A DNA stretch of 55,784 nucleotides from Craspedostauros australis (GCA_030167865.1 JALAGF010000277.1:62001-117784); one strand, 5' to 3'; shown: positions 33,301 through 45,119, numbered from the stretch's first letter. Translations and numbers: made by a program. Notes: a model not told the origin generated them from the sequence alone.

Positions 33301-36300
33301 AGCCACACCCCTTGTTCAAGGAAGAGAATTTGATTGAAGGATCTGGAATGAAATCCTTCGCTTCAAACATTCCCGTCGATTCTATGGCCTTTTTGTCTCG
33401 GATGCGTTGGAGTGCTGCGCTCAGTCCATCGTACCATAATGATCGGTCGGTCGGTTGGTTGATAGGTTGGGGTGAACGGGGGTGTGATTGATGTTTGTGT
33501 GATGTTGCAAAAACAAATGGACAGTCGCAAGAGTGAGGGTCTGCCAAGTGTGTTGGTTGGTTGCATTCGCGAAATAAACAGTGAGCACAGCCAGCAAGGA
33601 ACGCATGTGCTCTCATTCATCGAGCGAAAGAAAGCCCAGCACTCGGCAGTGGATTTTGGTAAGGCTGTCACTGAAGCCATCACGATGCTGGAGCAACTTA
33701 CCTCGAAGCTCTTCGTTGGTCAAGGGCAGTTGTTGCTTGTGAGGCTTGGCGTCTGCATCATGTTCTGTATGCCCCAGCGTAGGCGCAGACGCAGACGCAA
33801 GCGCAGACGCATCCTCCTCGAAGGATCCTGTGCCTGTGATCTTCAGCGAGACACCGAATCCGTGAGGATGTTCATAAGTGAGCGACGGTTCCTCTGGCTT
33901 TCTGTGGATCCGGCGCTCCAGATATCTGTGATACTTTTCCTGGTTTTCTTTTGTAAGTGTCCGAGCACCTTGGAATGTGACGAAGACACCATGCCCTGAG
34001 GATGCAAATTGGAGAATTAATCGCAATCAGGGCGGTAAAAAAGATGCCCACGCCTCGGGACGGAGTATTGCGTGCGGAGCAGACGCACGAAAAGAGCGTA
34101 GATTATAGAAGAGGAAATCAGTCAGATCATGTTGGTTACAGTCGCTGTGAAAGGACAAGGAAAAGCAACAGGAAGAAGCAACGATGACGGCATTACCAAG
34201 AACGAGACGGCCGGCACTCTGTAGGAAAAGCATCCAGTCAAGTATTCACCATCATCGACGTACCTGCGTTTGGAATGTTTGATGTCTTTGCTTCCACCTT
34301 GAAGAAGTAAAGGATGTATTCGGGCACACCTTTGACACATAGAATCCGGATGGGGAGCCCATCTTTCGTGTATTCCATTGACGACAGGCTCTCGACGATG
34401 TCCATGCCATGAAAGTCATCCGTATTGTACAAACTGCGGTTTGGTCTGAGATGGGCATACCGTTGTCGCAATTTCATGTTGTCGGATAGATTCTTGGGAT
34501 CGCCATACACGAACTGGTCCTCTGTTCCACCGCTCACAGTTATGCACCTGCTACCCTTCTTGTGCTGCATGTATCGGGCCTTTTTCTTTTTCTTTCGTTT
34601 GCTTCGCACCTTTCCTTCTTTCCGCTTCTTTGATGTCGGTTCTATTGCAGCGGCTCTTGCACTGCGCTTCCTCTTCGCTGAGCGCACAAGTGAAGAATCG
34701 TGTCCCGATGCTGCTGCGTTGCCATGGGTTGGTTTCACTGTGACGGCTGAATTGGCAACCAAATTGTTTAGCACTATCGGCAGACTTGGCTGGGGTCGCG
34801 TCATGTTGCTCTGCCGATATCCTGTCACTCCCACTGTTTGAGCTGCTCGTTGTGGTTGCGAAATACCTGACTGGCCGAGGTGGGCGTGTTGGCGAAGATT
34901 AGCAGCTCTGCTCGCATTCCAGATTTGTTGCTGCTGCTGTTGCTGTTTGAGAAGGTGTACTTGTTGGATACGCTGGGCCAGATTCTGTTGCTGCTGCTGT
35001 TTGAGAAGGTGTACTTGTTGGATACGCTGGGCCAGATTCTGTTGCTGCTGATAAATCTGTTGGTATTGCTGCTGATGCTGTTGCTGTTGCTGCTGTTGCT
35101 GCTGATGGTACTGTTGTCGGTAGTGCTGTTGATACTGTTGCTGGTATTGCTGCTGGTGGTGGTGGTGCTGTTGCTGCCGTTGTTGATGCGGAGGCGGTTG
35201 GGCGGGTGCCTGCGAAGGATGCGACTGCTTCTTTTTGTTTTCAAGAATCTTGGAGCGTTGTTGTTGATGGCGAGGTCGCTGCTCCTGAGGTTGCGGGTGC
35301 GCAGGTGCCCCCACCTTGGCATTTGGCGCAGCTGGTTGCTTTTTCCGCACTCGACCTTTGCTGGGATCTGCGGTTGCATTGTGTTCTACCTGCGTCTTCT
35401 GTGGTTTATCTGACCGATTGATTGGAAGTTGCTGTTGCTGTTGCCGATGTTGCTTCTCTGGGGGGCGTGCTGCTTCCGCCGGGTCCAACGTTCTCGGAGT
35501 CGGCTGTTTTTGCTGCAGCAGAGTTTTGGCTGGAGCTGTGTTGAGAGGGCAGACTACTGGAGCTTGCTGTGACGGCTCCGTTTGTTGGGGTTGCGGTTGG
35601 TGTCGCAATTCGTGCTGTGGTTGCTGTTGATGTTGCTGCGGCGGCTCCTTTTGACACTGTGTTTGAACATGTGCCGTGGTGGAGACGGAGGCAGGCGTGG
35701 ACGTGGAGGCCTGCAGTGGCTGCCGCTGAGGCGCTGGTTGCTGCGTCACGAGTTCGTTCTGCTGCCTTTGCGCGGACGCGTTGGTCGCCAGATCTTGCGA
35801 CGTGGCGGTGGCATCGGTTGTGACGGGAGCGTCTTGTGTTCTTTTTGGCTGTCTTTCGAGGATCGCCGCCGTCTTCCTTGCGGTTTGTTTGATCCGTTTG
35901 CCGCCGACACTTGGATTAGGCGGGGGATGTAACGATGGCAATCCCCGGCCTCTTTGCTTTGCATCATCTTCCGAGGCGTCAGAAGCTGCGGACGTAGAAT
36001 CCGAATCCGAACCGGAGTCAGGGTCGAAGATGGTGCGCTTTGCTACGTATCTTGACGATGACCCAGCCTCCTGGGCTTTGTCTTGAGGCGGCAGATTCTG
36101 CTGTTGCGTTTTTCTGCTGACGCTGTCAGCGCTATTGTACTCCTCCATGCTGTCATACTTGCCGTCGCCCGGAAGCACCATGTGATTGGAATCATTCATG
36201 TCGGCATCGACATTGGCTTCTTGTTTTGCGACTTGCAAGCGTGCACTATCGCCTTGTCCTGCGGCACCGTCTCCATCAGTCTCGCTAGCGGTCTCGCTAT

Positions 36301-37390
36301 CCCTATCGCTGTCATCGGACGACATGAGGAAATCAAGGCGGAAAGACCTCGGCGCTCTGCCAGACGAGACGGGCCTTCGAACGTTGAGAAGCTTGGGATC
36401 GGAGAAGATGAAGACATCGCTGTCGCTGTTGCTGTCGCGACCATCATCGCGGTCTCGTGAATCGTCCGGAGACGATGAGTCGCCTTCATCGGATGATGAC
36501 AAGATCTCGATGCAGCTGACAAAGGTGTATGCGTCGCTGTCTGACGTACCGGCACTGGCGTCATCTTCACCCTCCGTGCGGGCATGAGCATCTTCATGAG
36601 ATTCTGCCTGGCCACGTTCACCGGCAGGATGTAGGGGACGACGAGCGTCAACGCTCTCTTCTTTGGCAGTCTTGAGATGCTGTGTATCCGTGGCGTTGTT
36701 TTGGGACACCGTGCTGCCGTGCGTCGTGCTGTCTCTGTGGCCACGGCCATTCGCATGCGCATGTTCGTTCTGCGCCTCGCGGGATGAATTAGTCCCATTC
36801 GTACCACCCGCAGCTGCGGCGTTCACTTCCGTTTTAACCTTCGTTTCTCTCTCGATGTTCCGGTTCGTTGGCCTTGCCTGCGTGCCAAGCGATTGCCCAG
36901 ATGCATCGACAATCTCGATGTCGCTGTCCGAGTCCATCTGATTCGTGGTCGAAGCCGCGATAGGATGTGTCGGAGCTGATGCCTGTGCTGACCGTGAAAT
37001 GCGGTCAACAACCACTGCATCGCTGTCGCCATTAATGTCGCTATTGATATCGCCGAGGCTGCCACTGTCGTTGCCTCTTTCGCGTGTGTGGTCATTGCTG
37101 TTGGCAGTCTTATGACTGGTGTCCGAGTCCGAGTCGCTCAGGAGATCGATGGTCTCGATGGTCCCATGCGCTGTCGAAGATGGCAGCGCAGCTTGAGTTC
37201 GTCGCTGCTGCTGCTGCTGGCTGCACGATTCCATTCGCGATGCTTGCGTTGGGTCAACCTTCACGCTCCTCATGTTATTCGTGCGTGTTGTGCTGTGATG
37301 ATGGGAATTCAATCGCACCGCGGCTTCAACTCCTCTCCTTGGCGTCGTACCTCCAGCAATCGCGTCGCAGCCACTTGTCGGGTTCACCAT
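30284..37390 (-). CDS. ~1931-aa protein: disordered/polyQ N-terminus, divergent SET-like domain, C-terminal Trp/Gly (MBD-like) motif; exons 37390-34264, 33995-33702, 33414-33262, 32884-32823, 32443-30284
   Basis: Four GT-AG introns join in frame (5796 nt). Splicing creates KVEAKTSNIPNAGHGVF (SET GxG-like), followed by IGRYGPF, PMYVNEV and PGDTFEALVDY..YE..RERKGYG. Basic NLS-like run KRKKKKKARY. Start codon uncertain. Confidence 0.78.
34941..35048. repeat. 54-bp tandem duplication inside the polyQ coding region
   Basis: Unit tgctgtttgagaaggtgtacttgttggatacgctgggccagattctgttgctgc at 34941 and 34995; encodes QQNLAQRIQQVHLLKQQ twice. Confidence 0.9.
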
Positions 37391-37730
37391 AACGCAGCGG
37401 CGTTGCCGTTGTTTCTCTCCTTGTCGCTGAGCTGCGGGCGTCGAATCGCCACAGCGTGTAAATGTAACTGGTGTTTGGAACGGTGTCCCGCCGCTTTGAT
37501 GTCCACTCGCAAGCGATGTCAAGCAGCGAAATCTTGTTTGGCGTGACGGAATCGAAGGCGATGGAATGTCCACGTTTTCGGAGAGGAAGTACGATGCTCC
37601 AAATGTTTGTGGCTCCTACTCGGGGAATCCAAGATCCATGTCTCTTCAAGCAGGTGTTTGTGATTGTATGCGTTTGTCTCCTGTGGTCTTCGATTGTCCT
37701 CTGGCTACCTCCAACGCCTCTCTCTTCCAA

Positions 37731-37819
37731 GACAACAACACCAGCAGCAACAGCGGCAACAGCAGCAACGACAACACCAACAACACCAACAACACCAACA
37801 ACACCGGCAACAACAACAG
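37731..37819. repeat. Imperfect (ACA/CCA/GCA)n trinucleotide-type repeat, intergenic
   Basis: gacaacaacaccagcagcaacagcggcaacagcagcaacgacaacaccaacaacaccaacaacaccaaca... Confidence 0.75.
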
Positions 37820-38227
37820 ATGGCTCGTGAAACTTGAAGCCGACGATGAAGCCACAAGCCAAACAAAAAAATTCCTCGAAGAAACCCCGCGAAACGTTAT
37901 TTCGACGTTCACAAACATGTGCTTCACTCTGCCAAAATAATCGAGTGGGTCATCATCGTACTACCAGCGGAAGTGTAGCCCGTAGGAAGAGCATGGACAC
38001 CATCGATTACGAACTATTCCTCTTGATTGGATCACACAGAATGACCACTCCATCTACTCTACTTTGCTTAATTCTGATCTCTTTTTTATAATGGTTGGGT
38101 GATGTGCTCGTATTGTATTGTATAATACTTACATTATTGTCCACTTTCGACACAAAACTGCGTCGAGTTTGCGTGGTCGGATACGGCTGACTCAGCATGG
38201 CAATCGCAAATGTAGAGCGAGTACCGA

Positions 38228-39523
38228 CTACTTCCGCGTCAAGGCAACGCGTGCCATCTCCAAGGCCCCCTCGAAGGTGTCGTTTCCGCCGATGAAACCC
38301 GCAGCGTGCACGAAGCGGCTGCCTGGGATCTTCGTCACCGACTCCAGGTCGCTGTCACGCACTCCCCTCCATTCCTCCGGCAAGCTGAGGCGGTTGACGA
38401 AACCGCGTCCCTCCACGGTGACGGCCTGGATGCGCCACATTCCACCTTGGTCAGTGTACAGAACGAATTTGACGAGCGGATCGACGCCCAGCTCCTTCTC
38501 CAGATCATACAGGTGCCCGCGCCACGGCAGGCCGCCGCTTTCCAGCTTGAGGATCTCACCCGATTTGTCGACATCGAGACGCGCCTTGACGGCACGTTCC
38601 ACAAACTCGCGCGCTGGGATATCGCTCTCGATGATCTTCGTCATGGCCGCGACGAATTCTTCACCGCAAATCTTCGATGCGACTTCGAATCGTTCGTCGG
38701 GTTCGGGCTTCTTGCCCGTCTGCGCGTCGATGTCTTCGTTCCAACGCGGATTCAACCGAGAAACGCGGCTGGCCAGTCCGGTGGAGTCCTTGTAGAGCAA
38801 CTCGACGCCCTCCGGCGCCATCTCGACTCCGGTGTCGATGGCATCCAGCGCCTCCATGAGGCTGTTGTACAGCTTGGTGTAGGCCAACTCGAGGTTGTCG
38901 TCGGAGAGCTTGGGATAGAACTCGCGGATGACGTCCTTGCCGTAGTGACGATACACCAACCCCGATGCGCTGAGCTTGGTGCACCGCTCCTGGGTGGCAT
39001 TCTCGTCGCTGCTGTTCTTGTCCTTCTTTGGATGAAAGCGCTCGTCGTAGCCGCGCTGGTGGTGGTCGTACCGCAGCTTGGCGTGGTCGTAGACACCGCC
39101 GACGTCAATGACAATGTCCAGCGGCTCCAGAACGGCAGGATCACGCGATCGCACGCACTTGGAGTTGCGGTACGGCGCGGTCTGACGCAGCATCCACACT
39201 CCCATGGCCTCGTCGGCCTGGAAGGTGCCGGAATGGGTTCCGATGACCTTGGAGCTCTGGGTGTCCTCCAGTTTGACTCGCTTGAAGGCGGATTCGTTGG
39301 TATCTGTGGTGGCGGACATGCTGAGGATGGTGGCGATGATGCTACAGCGGGTGTTGCTATTGTTGCTGTTGTTGTTGCTGCTGAAAGAGTTGAATGTTCT
39401 GAGATGGCTGCGCGATGTGGAAGCGAATCGAGGTGATTGGAACGAATGGACGGACTCTGGACCCAGGAGGAAGATGGAACGCAAGAGCACTGCCGCTACG
39501 GTTGCTGTTCGTCTCTGATGCAT
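38228..39523 (-). CDS. MYG1: MYG1 family (DHH) 3'-5' RNA exonuclease
   Basis: VIGTHSGTFQADEA, RSRDP, DIVIDVGGVYD, YDHHQR, TKLSASGLVYRHYG, DAIDTG, LNPRWN, WRIQAV, LPEEWRG, FVHAAGFIGG. Second Met at 39319. Confidence 0.95.
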   Translation of the reverse strand: MHQRRTATVAAVLLRSIFLLGPESVHSFQSPRFASTSRSHLRTFNSFSSNNNSNNSNTRCSIIATILSMSATTDTNESAFKRVKLEDTQSSKVIGTHSGTFQADEAMGVWMLRQTAPYRNSKCVRSRDPAVLEPLDIVIDVGGVYDHAKLRYDHHQRGYDERFHPKKDKNSSDENATQERCTKLSASGLVYRHYGKDVIREFYPKLSDDNLELAYTKLYNSLMEALDAIDTGVEMAPEGVELLYKDSTGLASRVSRLNPRWNEDIDAQTGKKPEPDERFEVASKICGEEFVAAMTKIIESDIPAREFVERAVKARLDVDKSGEILKLESGGLPWRGHLYDLEKELGVDPLVKFVLYTDQGGMWRIQAVTVEGRGFVNRLSLPEEWRGVRDSDLESVTKIPGSRFVHAAGFIGGNDTFEGALEMARVALTRK

Positions 39524-40779
39524 CAAGTCAACACGTTCGCGAGTGCGAGGGTAGTTCTCTGGCTGGGAGGGTGGAATGCAGTCGAGTACGTAGTATTATA
39601 TAATAGAATAGTACTCTATTCTGAAGCTTTCTGGAAACCCTTGCGTCCTTGTTGTGGGGGGTGCATCTGAGGCAAACGAAGGTGATGCCGAGGATGGTGG
39701 ATGGATTTTGGCTGATGGGTGTTGACGCTTTTGTGTTTGATGTTGTTGTGCGCGATCTTCAACTTTTGTTGTTTGGTTGTTTGGTTGGTTGGTTGTTGTG
39801 CTTTGTTTGGCGTTTCTCTTCTTCCGTGATTTGATAATGAAGGTCTGTCACGAGTGGGTTCGAGGCCAAACTTGGTTTCTTGTCGGCGTATCTTTTTGTC
39901 TCAAAGTGGGACACACTGAATAGCAAGAACACGATTGTTGCATTTTGGGAGATGCGACAAGGTCGCCCCCAGAAAACCATGTCTGAACAACGAATCCCAC
40001 GATCAATTGCAAACGTGGACACCATCTGGCTCGCGGAGGCCACTCAAATTTGATTGGTGCAAGACCAACGCGGAGACGGGCATAGCCTACATGTGCGTGT
40101 GGTTGTCCGCGTGCAACGTTTGTTGTGGTTGAATGCCTTTGAGTGCGCGCTGTCGTGTGCGGCGCCACGTTTGCGAGCAGAGAGACACAGAGACTGACGC
40201 GTTGGTTGGTGTTGACAAAAACATCTTTTTTGGTGTTTTTTGATTGAGATCATCATCTTCCACTTCGTGCCCTCTCCGTCTCTCTGTTGGATCCGTTGTT
40301 GATGTTGGTGGTGATTGCGATTGAACCATCATCATACGAATGAGTAATCGTGCTCTGCGCACTCTCTTGCCCTTCCACGCCCTGCGACAAGCTGCAATCC
40401 TACCAAGACGCGTTTGTACTGCTCTCACGCTACGAAATTTTGCCAAGCATAATAGAATACCAACCAAGAAGCGACTGCTGCTCTCTTTCGTGGCTACCCA
40501 TCTCAGCGCATTGCTCATCCATCAGCTCCGACAGATCATTCATCCGTCTGTCGGGAAAGCAAGCAAGCGAGCGAGCGGGTGGAGGACGAGGACTGGTCTC
40601 AAGAGAACGAAGGAGAGCTGAAGTGTCATTTATTTCATTGCGAAGAGAGCGTGCCACGGTTCCGCGCTTGGATCACAGGGAGTACTCCACTGCGTTCCAC
40701 TCCGCTCCGCTCTATCAGCGCCATAGCAATACCGAAGTCCATGGTCGATGGACGACCGGCGACGTCTGTGTGCTGAACG

Positions 40780-43700
40780 ATGGCCAAACCAAGACGATCA
40801 AGGGCGGGCCCCAAGTCCAGCGGCAATGCCCGCAGCAACGCCAACAAGAACGCCAAGAAGCATGGCGGCAAGAATGGCAATAGCAGAAAGTCCGCGACGA
40901 AGAACAAGGACAACGCAGCAAGCAAGATGGCGGCGGCGTCGCGGGAGACGAATGAACCTGCAAGAGCTGCGCCCATGGACGATCAACCAGCAGAGGCGGT
41001 TGGCAGGGGAGTCAACGCCAACGTTACCATGGATGTGGAGGCTGACATGATCAACGCGTTCTTCTTGCCAGGAGGCATTCTGGACCCGGAGGACATGCAA
41101 GATCAGGCGCAGCCCCAGCCACAAGCAAAGATACTGCCCCTATCGACCGATTTTCTATCATCGGCATCGCAACCAACACAACTGCCACCACCAACATCGA
41201 TGTCGACATCGGCTTCAGCCAACAGTGATGCTGCGGCTCCTGCTGCTGCTGCTGCTGCCACAGTCCCGTTGCATCGGTTCGGCGTTGGGTGTGTTGGAGA
41301 TGCGGTCGGCACTCCGAATGCGCGTAACACTCAAGCATCTCGGTATGGATTCAACCATGACTTGTTGCCGCCCTGCTCACCGTCAGCATTGTCGGCATTG
41401 CCAGCCCCGCAAACGCCAGACAGCATCAGCAGCTACGCTAAGAACAACGAGGCGAGCTGCTTCATGTACAGCGGAAGCAGGGACACAAACAGACACTGCG
41501 CCAACAGCACTGGCACCCATCGCTCGCGAAAACTGTCGGACAACCCGTGGGATGCGGATCACGGCAGCGCTAATCCTGACGATGGATACATGGATCTCTT
41601 TCATCCCACTTCGACATCGTCACCAACATCTTCACTTCCAACAACAGGCCTCACAATCGCATCATCTGCCCAACCGTCTCTGCCGATGTCGTGGCCGCGG
41701 TCCCCGTCGAACTTGCTGCAGCAGCCTGCGCCGTCAGCTGATATCATGGGCAATGCGCGGAAACGCTGTGCTTTGTCGCCTTCGTTTGCCAATTCAAATA
41801 TCCGGCCTCCGCCTGGTCTCGATTCTGGATCAACTATCTCAGGCGCGAACAGCCCACTTCATGTGTCACCATCCCAAACGTGGGGATCCAACAATCTGCT
41901 TGCCGAACGCAGAATGCTCTTCAAGCCGCTGGACTCATCATCGCCCACTCCACCTTTGCCAACGATCGAGAGCATCAACAGCAACGGCAACGGCAACGAA
42001 GATGGCGGTCGCAGCAATGACAATACGGATAGTGAAGGCCTGTGGAGTACCAAGCCCCAATCACTATATGCGCCACGTGCGACCAGTAAAGCCGTATGCG
42101 GCACTGGAACAGGCGCGCGGTCAACGAGCCCTGCGACGTCCTGCACAAGCGAACACAACGCTGGCGTTTCTCCATTGGCGCCGCCGCCCGGATTGAAGAG
42201 ACTGCGCAACGCTCCCAACAACCGAGCTGCTGTTGGTGGCAAGGATTCCACATCCGCAAGCAAAGCGACAAAGACGAACGCAAGCGCGAGCAAGGCAAAT
42301 AGCTCTGGCAAGAAGAACAAGCAACCCAAAGACAAGCCGAACAAGCGCAATACGGAAACCAGACGTCTCGATAGCACGAAGCGAAGAACCAAATCGCCGT
42401 CCTCTGCACCGTCGACCCAATCCGCTGCTGGTCCTTTTGTCGCGGCCCAAGACAAGCAGCACAAATCCAAGCAACCGAATGCTCGTGCGCCTGCTGCCAA
42501 GACCAAGGTCAAAGATTTGAAGCACACGAAGAATCAGAAGGATACCATCTTTGGGTCGCAGCCTGGGACCTACACTCCTACCTCCAAGCACAAGCGACCT
42601 TTCGGATCAGATCCAGCGAAAACTAACAGCAACCCTTCGCGTACCGTCACGGTCAGAAATAGCAATCAGGCCTGGCGCAGCAAACAAAGAGATCAGTATT
42701 CGTCGTCCGCGAATTCATGGTCATCGCTTCGCACCAATGAGGCCAGAACCCATGCCCCCTCACAACCACAACTACATGCAAAGACAGCACAGCGAAGGAC
42801 TCAATCCAAGCCGCGTGCAAGCTACAATGCCAAACACGGACATGGCAAGCAACAACAACAGCAACAACGCAAGTATCAACTGCGGCCATCATCACCAGTG
42901 GACCAAATCTCGTCCATGACGCAACCATCCAACACCGCGAGACCAAGCGCACCCAAAACAACAAAGCAGCGCAAAAGCAATGACTCAAGACAGGCACCTG
43001 CTGGTCAGTATGCACAACTGAACGCAGCTGGAGGCGCCGCAGAATGGCAGGCTACCGATGGGATGGCCCGTGCTGCACCAGATCATGAAGATCGCATCGC
43101 CGTCAGCCGTAGCATGCTTCTGGATCAAAAACAGCCTTCGTCCACTGCAACCGATTTCACCCAAAGCAGCGACTCAATCAACAATGATGGTGATCATGAT
43201 GATTATGGAACATCTCAGGTCGTCGCCACGGATACAACCACATCCCAGCCCAAACAAGCTGGCAATCCAACTGCAACGGACAGTGCTCCTGTTTCGAGCC
43301 AGCACCATTCTCAGAACAACAGAGACGGGCAGAATCAGCTTCACATTCCGTGGCTGCAAGAAGCCGTCGCCCAGGTTGCGCAATCGCAGCTGGCCCAGGT
43401 ATCTGTGCGCCAGCTCCATTCCATCGAAGAAGCCACGGCGACCTGGATCCGCTGGCTGACGGAAGTGAACATGATCTTCGCACACGTCGCGTCCGTCTGC
43501 TTGCTCGTGGCAAAATTCGTCCTGCTCTCCGTCACGAAGGTGCTGCTGCTCGTCGCGTCGTTCTGCTTCCTCGTTTGGAAATACTCCATTGTCGAGGCGA
43601 TGGAGGAGAACAACGTGGCCATATGCTACGGTTTCTTCTACTTCATGCCAACGATCTGCCGCATGATCACCGACTTTGCAATTCTGCCACACTGGACATC

Positions 43701-44397
43701 GCATCTACTCACCGCGGTCGTGGTCTTCACCATGTGCCATCAGATCCAGTCTCCGCCGCTCCATGACGGCTCCACTCTGTTCGGGCAGCTCAAGGATTCT
43801 GCCTGGGGATACGATGCCCTTGTCCCATGCAACAACGCAAGCAACAACTCTTCGAAGATCGCAGATTCGTCATCATCAGTCACAGCAAAAACGACGGTGA
43901 AGGAAGATGCGTGCACAGCAACAACAGCAGCTGCTGCTGCTGCAACATCGACGAACAAAGACTCCATGCGCCCCATATCAGCACACACGTCGGCAACAAT
44001 CGGTGCTCGTGACCGACGCATGATCAACGCCTACCAGGCCGTTCGCGCACGCGACGAACGTGCCTGCAGGTCCATGCTCCGCATCCTGCGCATAGTGTTG
44101 CCGCTATTCGTCATTGCCGATGGCTTCTCCGCCGAACTGGGCACGATCATCGGCGACAGAGGATCCAGCCGTCTTACCACGGCCTTCATGATGTCCCTCG
44201 TACGCAAGAACCTGATCTCCTCTCCCATCGGTTGGATCAGCTGGGCTGTGCAAGTCCTGATCGCCACGTATTGTCCGGCGGGAGGATCGGTGCTGGATCA
44301 GGTACTTCTGGTCATCGGACTGGCGTCTATCCGTCTCGTCCGTTACTTGGAGATGCAGCGCATCGACAAGATCAATTCCAGAGTCAAGGCGCAGTAA
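40780..44397 (+). CDS. 1205-aa hypothetical protein: long disordered N-terminus, multi-TM C-terminus
   Basis: Single long ORF. S/P/T/K/Q-rich for ~860 aa, then about 6-8 hydrophobic helices. No family recognised. Confidence 0.8.
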   Translation: MAKPRRSRAGPKSSGNARSNANKNAKKHGGKNGNSRKSATKNKDNAASKMAAASRETNEPARAAPMDDQPAEAVGRGVNANVTMDVEADMINAFFLPGGILDPEDMQDQAQPQPQAKILPLSTDFLSSASQPTQLPPPTSMSTSASANSDAAAPAAAAAATVPLHRFGVGCVGDAVGTPNARNTQASRYGFNHDLLPPCSPSALSALPAPQTPDSISSYAKNNEASCFMYSGSRDTNRHCANSTGTHRSRKLSDNPWDADHGSANPDDGYMDLFHPTSTSSPTSSLPTTGLTIASSAQPSLPMSWPRSPSNLLQQPAPSADIMGNARKRCALSPSFANSNIRPPPGLDSGSTISGANSPLHVSPSQTWGSNNLLAERRMLFKPLDSSSPTPPLPTIESINSNGNGNEDGGRSNDNTDSEGLWSTKPQSLYAPRATSKAVCGTGTGARSTSPATSCTSEHNAGVSPLAPPPGLKRLRNAPNNRAAVGGKDSTSASKATKTNASASKANSSGKKNKQPKDKPNKRNTETRRLDSTKRRTKSPSSAPSTQSAAGPFVAAQDKQHKSKQPNARAPAAKTKVKDLKHTKNQKDTIFGSQPGTYTPTSKHKRPFGSDPAKTNSNPSRTVTVRNSNQAWRSKQRDQYSSSANSWSSLRTNEARTHAPSQPQLHAKTAQRRTQSKPRASYNAKHGHGKQQQQQQRKYQLRPSSPVDQISSMTQPSNTARPSAPKTTKQRKSNDSRQAPAGQYAQLNAAGGAAEWQATDGMARAAPDHEDRIAVSRSMLLDQKQPSSTATDFTQSSDSINNDGDHDDYGTSQVVATDTTTSQPKQAGNPTATDSAPVSSQHHSQNNRDGQNQLHIPWLQEAVAQVAQSQLAQVSVRQLHSIEEATATWIRWLTEVNMIFAHVASVCLLVAKFVLLSVTKVLLLVASFCFLVWKYSIVEAMEENNVAICYGFFYFMPTICRMITDFAILPHWTSHLLTAVVVFTMCHQIQSPPLHDGSTLFGQLKDSAWGYDALVPCNNASNNSSKIADSSSSVTAKTTVKEDACTATTAAAAAATSTNKDSMRPISAHTSATIGARDRRMINAYQAVRARDERACRSMLRILRIVLPLFVIADGFSAELGTIIGDRGSSRLTTAFMMSLVRKNLISSPIGWISWAVQVLIATYCPAGGSVLDQVLLVIGLASIRLVRYLEMQRIDKINSRVKAQ

Positions 44398-44669
44398 CGT
44401 CGCAGCACTTCACTTCGCAACGCGAGTAGAGCACCGCAAATAGACAATAGATAGAAACAGAGAGACATCTATCCTTGCTCCATCTTGACTTGCTCTTGGT
44501 TCGACTTCATGTGCAACTTATCAGGGGAAGTTCGCTGTTTGGAATCTATTATACGATAGACTCTGTGTACTATTCTACTTGTACTCGAGCACTTTCCCAT
44601 CCCCCCACATGTCTTCCATCTACGTACGTATGGACAGCTTCACCACAATAGACATGGACTACCATCAAT

Positions 44670-45119
44670 TCAACCATGATGCAGCTCTCGTTCCAACTGC
44701 GCGATGATCGCCTGCGATGCCTCCATGTGCGATCCGATGTCCTTCATTCTGAGCTTCAATTTCTTGAGTTTGTGCGTCTCCAGAAAGTCCATGCGCTTTT
44801 GGACAAAGTCCAATGCCTCCGGTATCGCGAGCTCCACATGAAATCCCATGCCGGCATGCACGAAGACCTTGCTGTTGGCAGGATCCCGGACGACGGCACG
44901 GCAGAACACGGCCTTGTGACCCAGATCCACGTCGGTCTCAAATACCGGCGGTGCCTGTCTCTGCACTTGCCGCAGTTGGCCACGCAGATCGCTGTAATCG
45001 TCGATCTCGTCTTGAACCTTCTTTGCCGCGTTCCTCTCGACCACGAATTGCGGATCCAGGACATCGTCAATGAACTTGGAGTACTCCGCCAGCCTCGACT
45101 TGATGTCCTCGATGCTCAT
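44670..45119 (-). CDS. Prefoldin alpha-type subunit, UXT-like (149 aa)
   Basis: EYSKFIDDVL coiled coil; VDLGHKAVFCRAVV and VFVHAGMGFHVELAIPEALDFV beta-hairpins; C-terminal coiled coil. Confidence 0.85.
   Translation of the reverse strand: MSIEDIKSRLAEYSKFIDDVLDPQFVVERNAAKKVQDEIDDYSDLRGQLRQVQRQAPPVFETDVDLGHKAVFCRAVVRDPANSKVFVHAGMGFHVELAIPEALDFVQKRMDFLETHKLKKLKLRMKDIGSHMEASQAIIAQLERELHHG

Noticed and set aside
34027-34233. Alternative mini-exons within intron 1 of the SET-like gene
   Set aside because: They lead to stop codons or break the NAGHGVF motif formed by the direct 34264-33995 splice.
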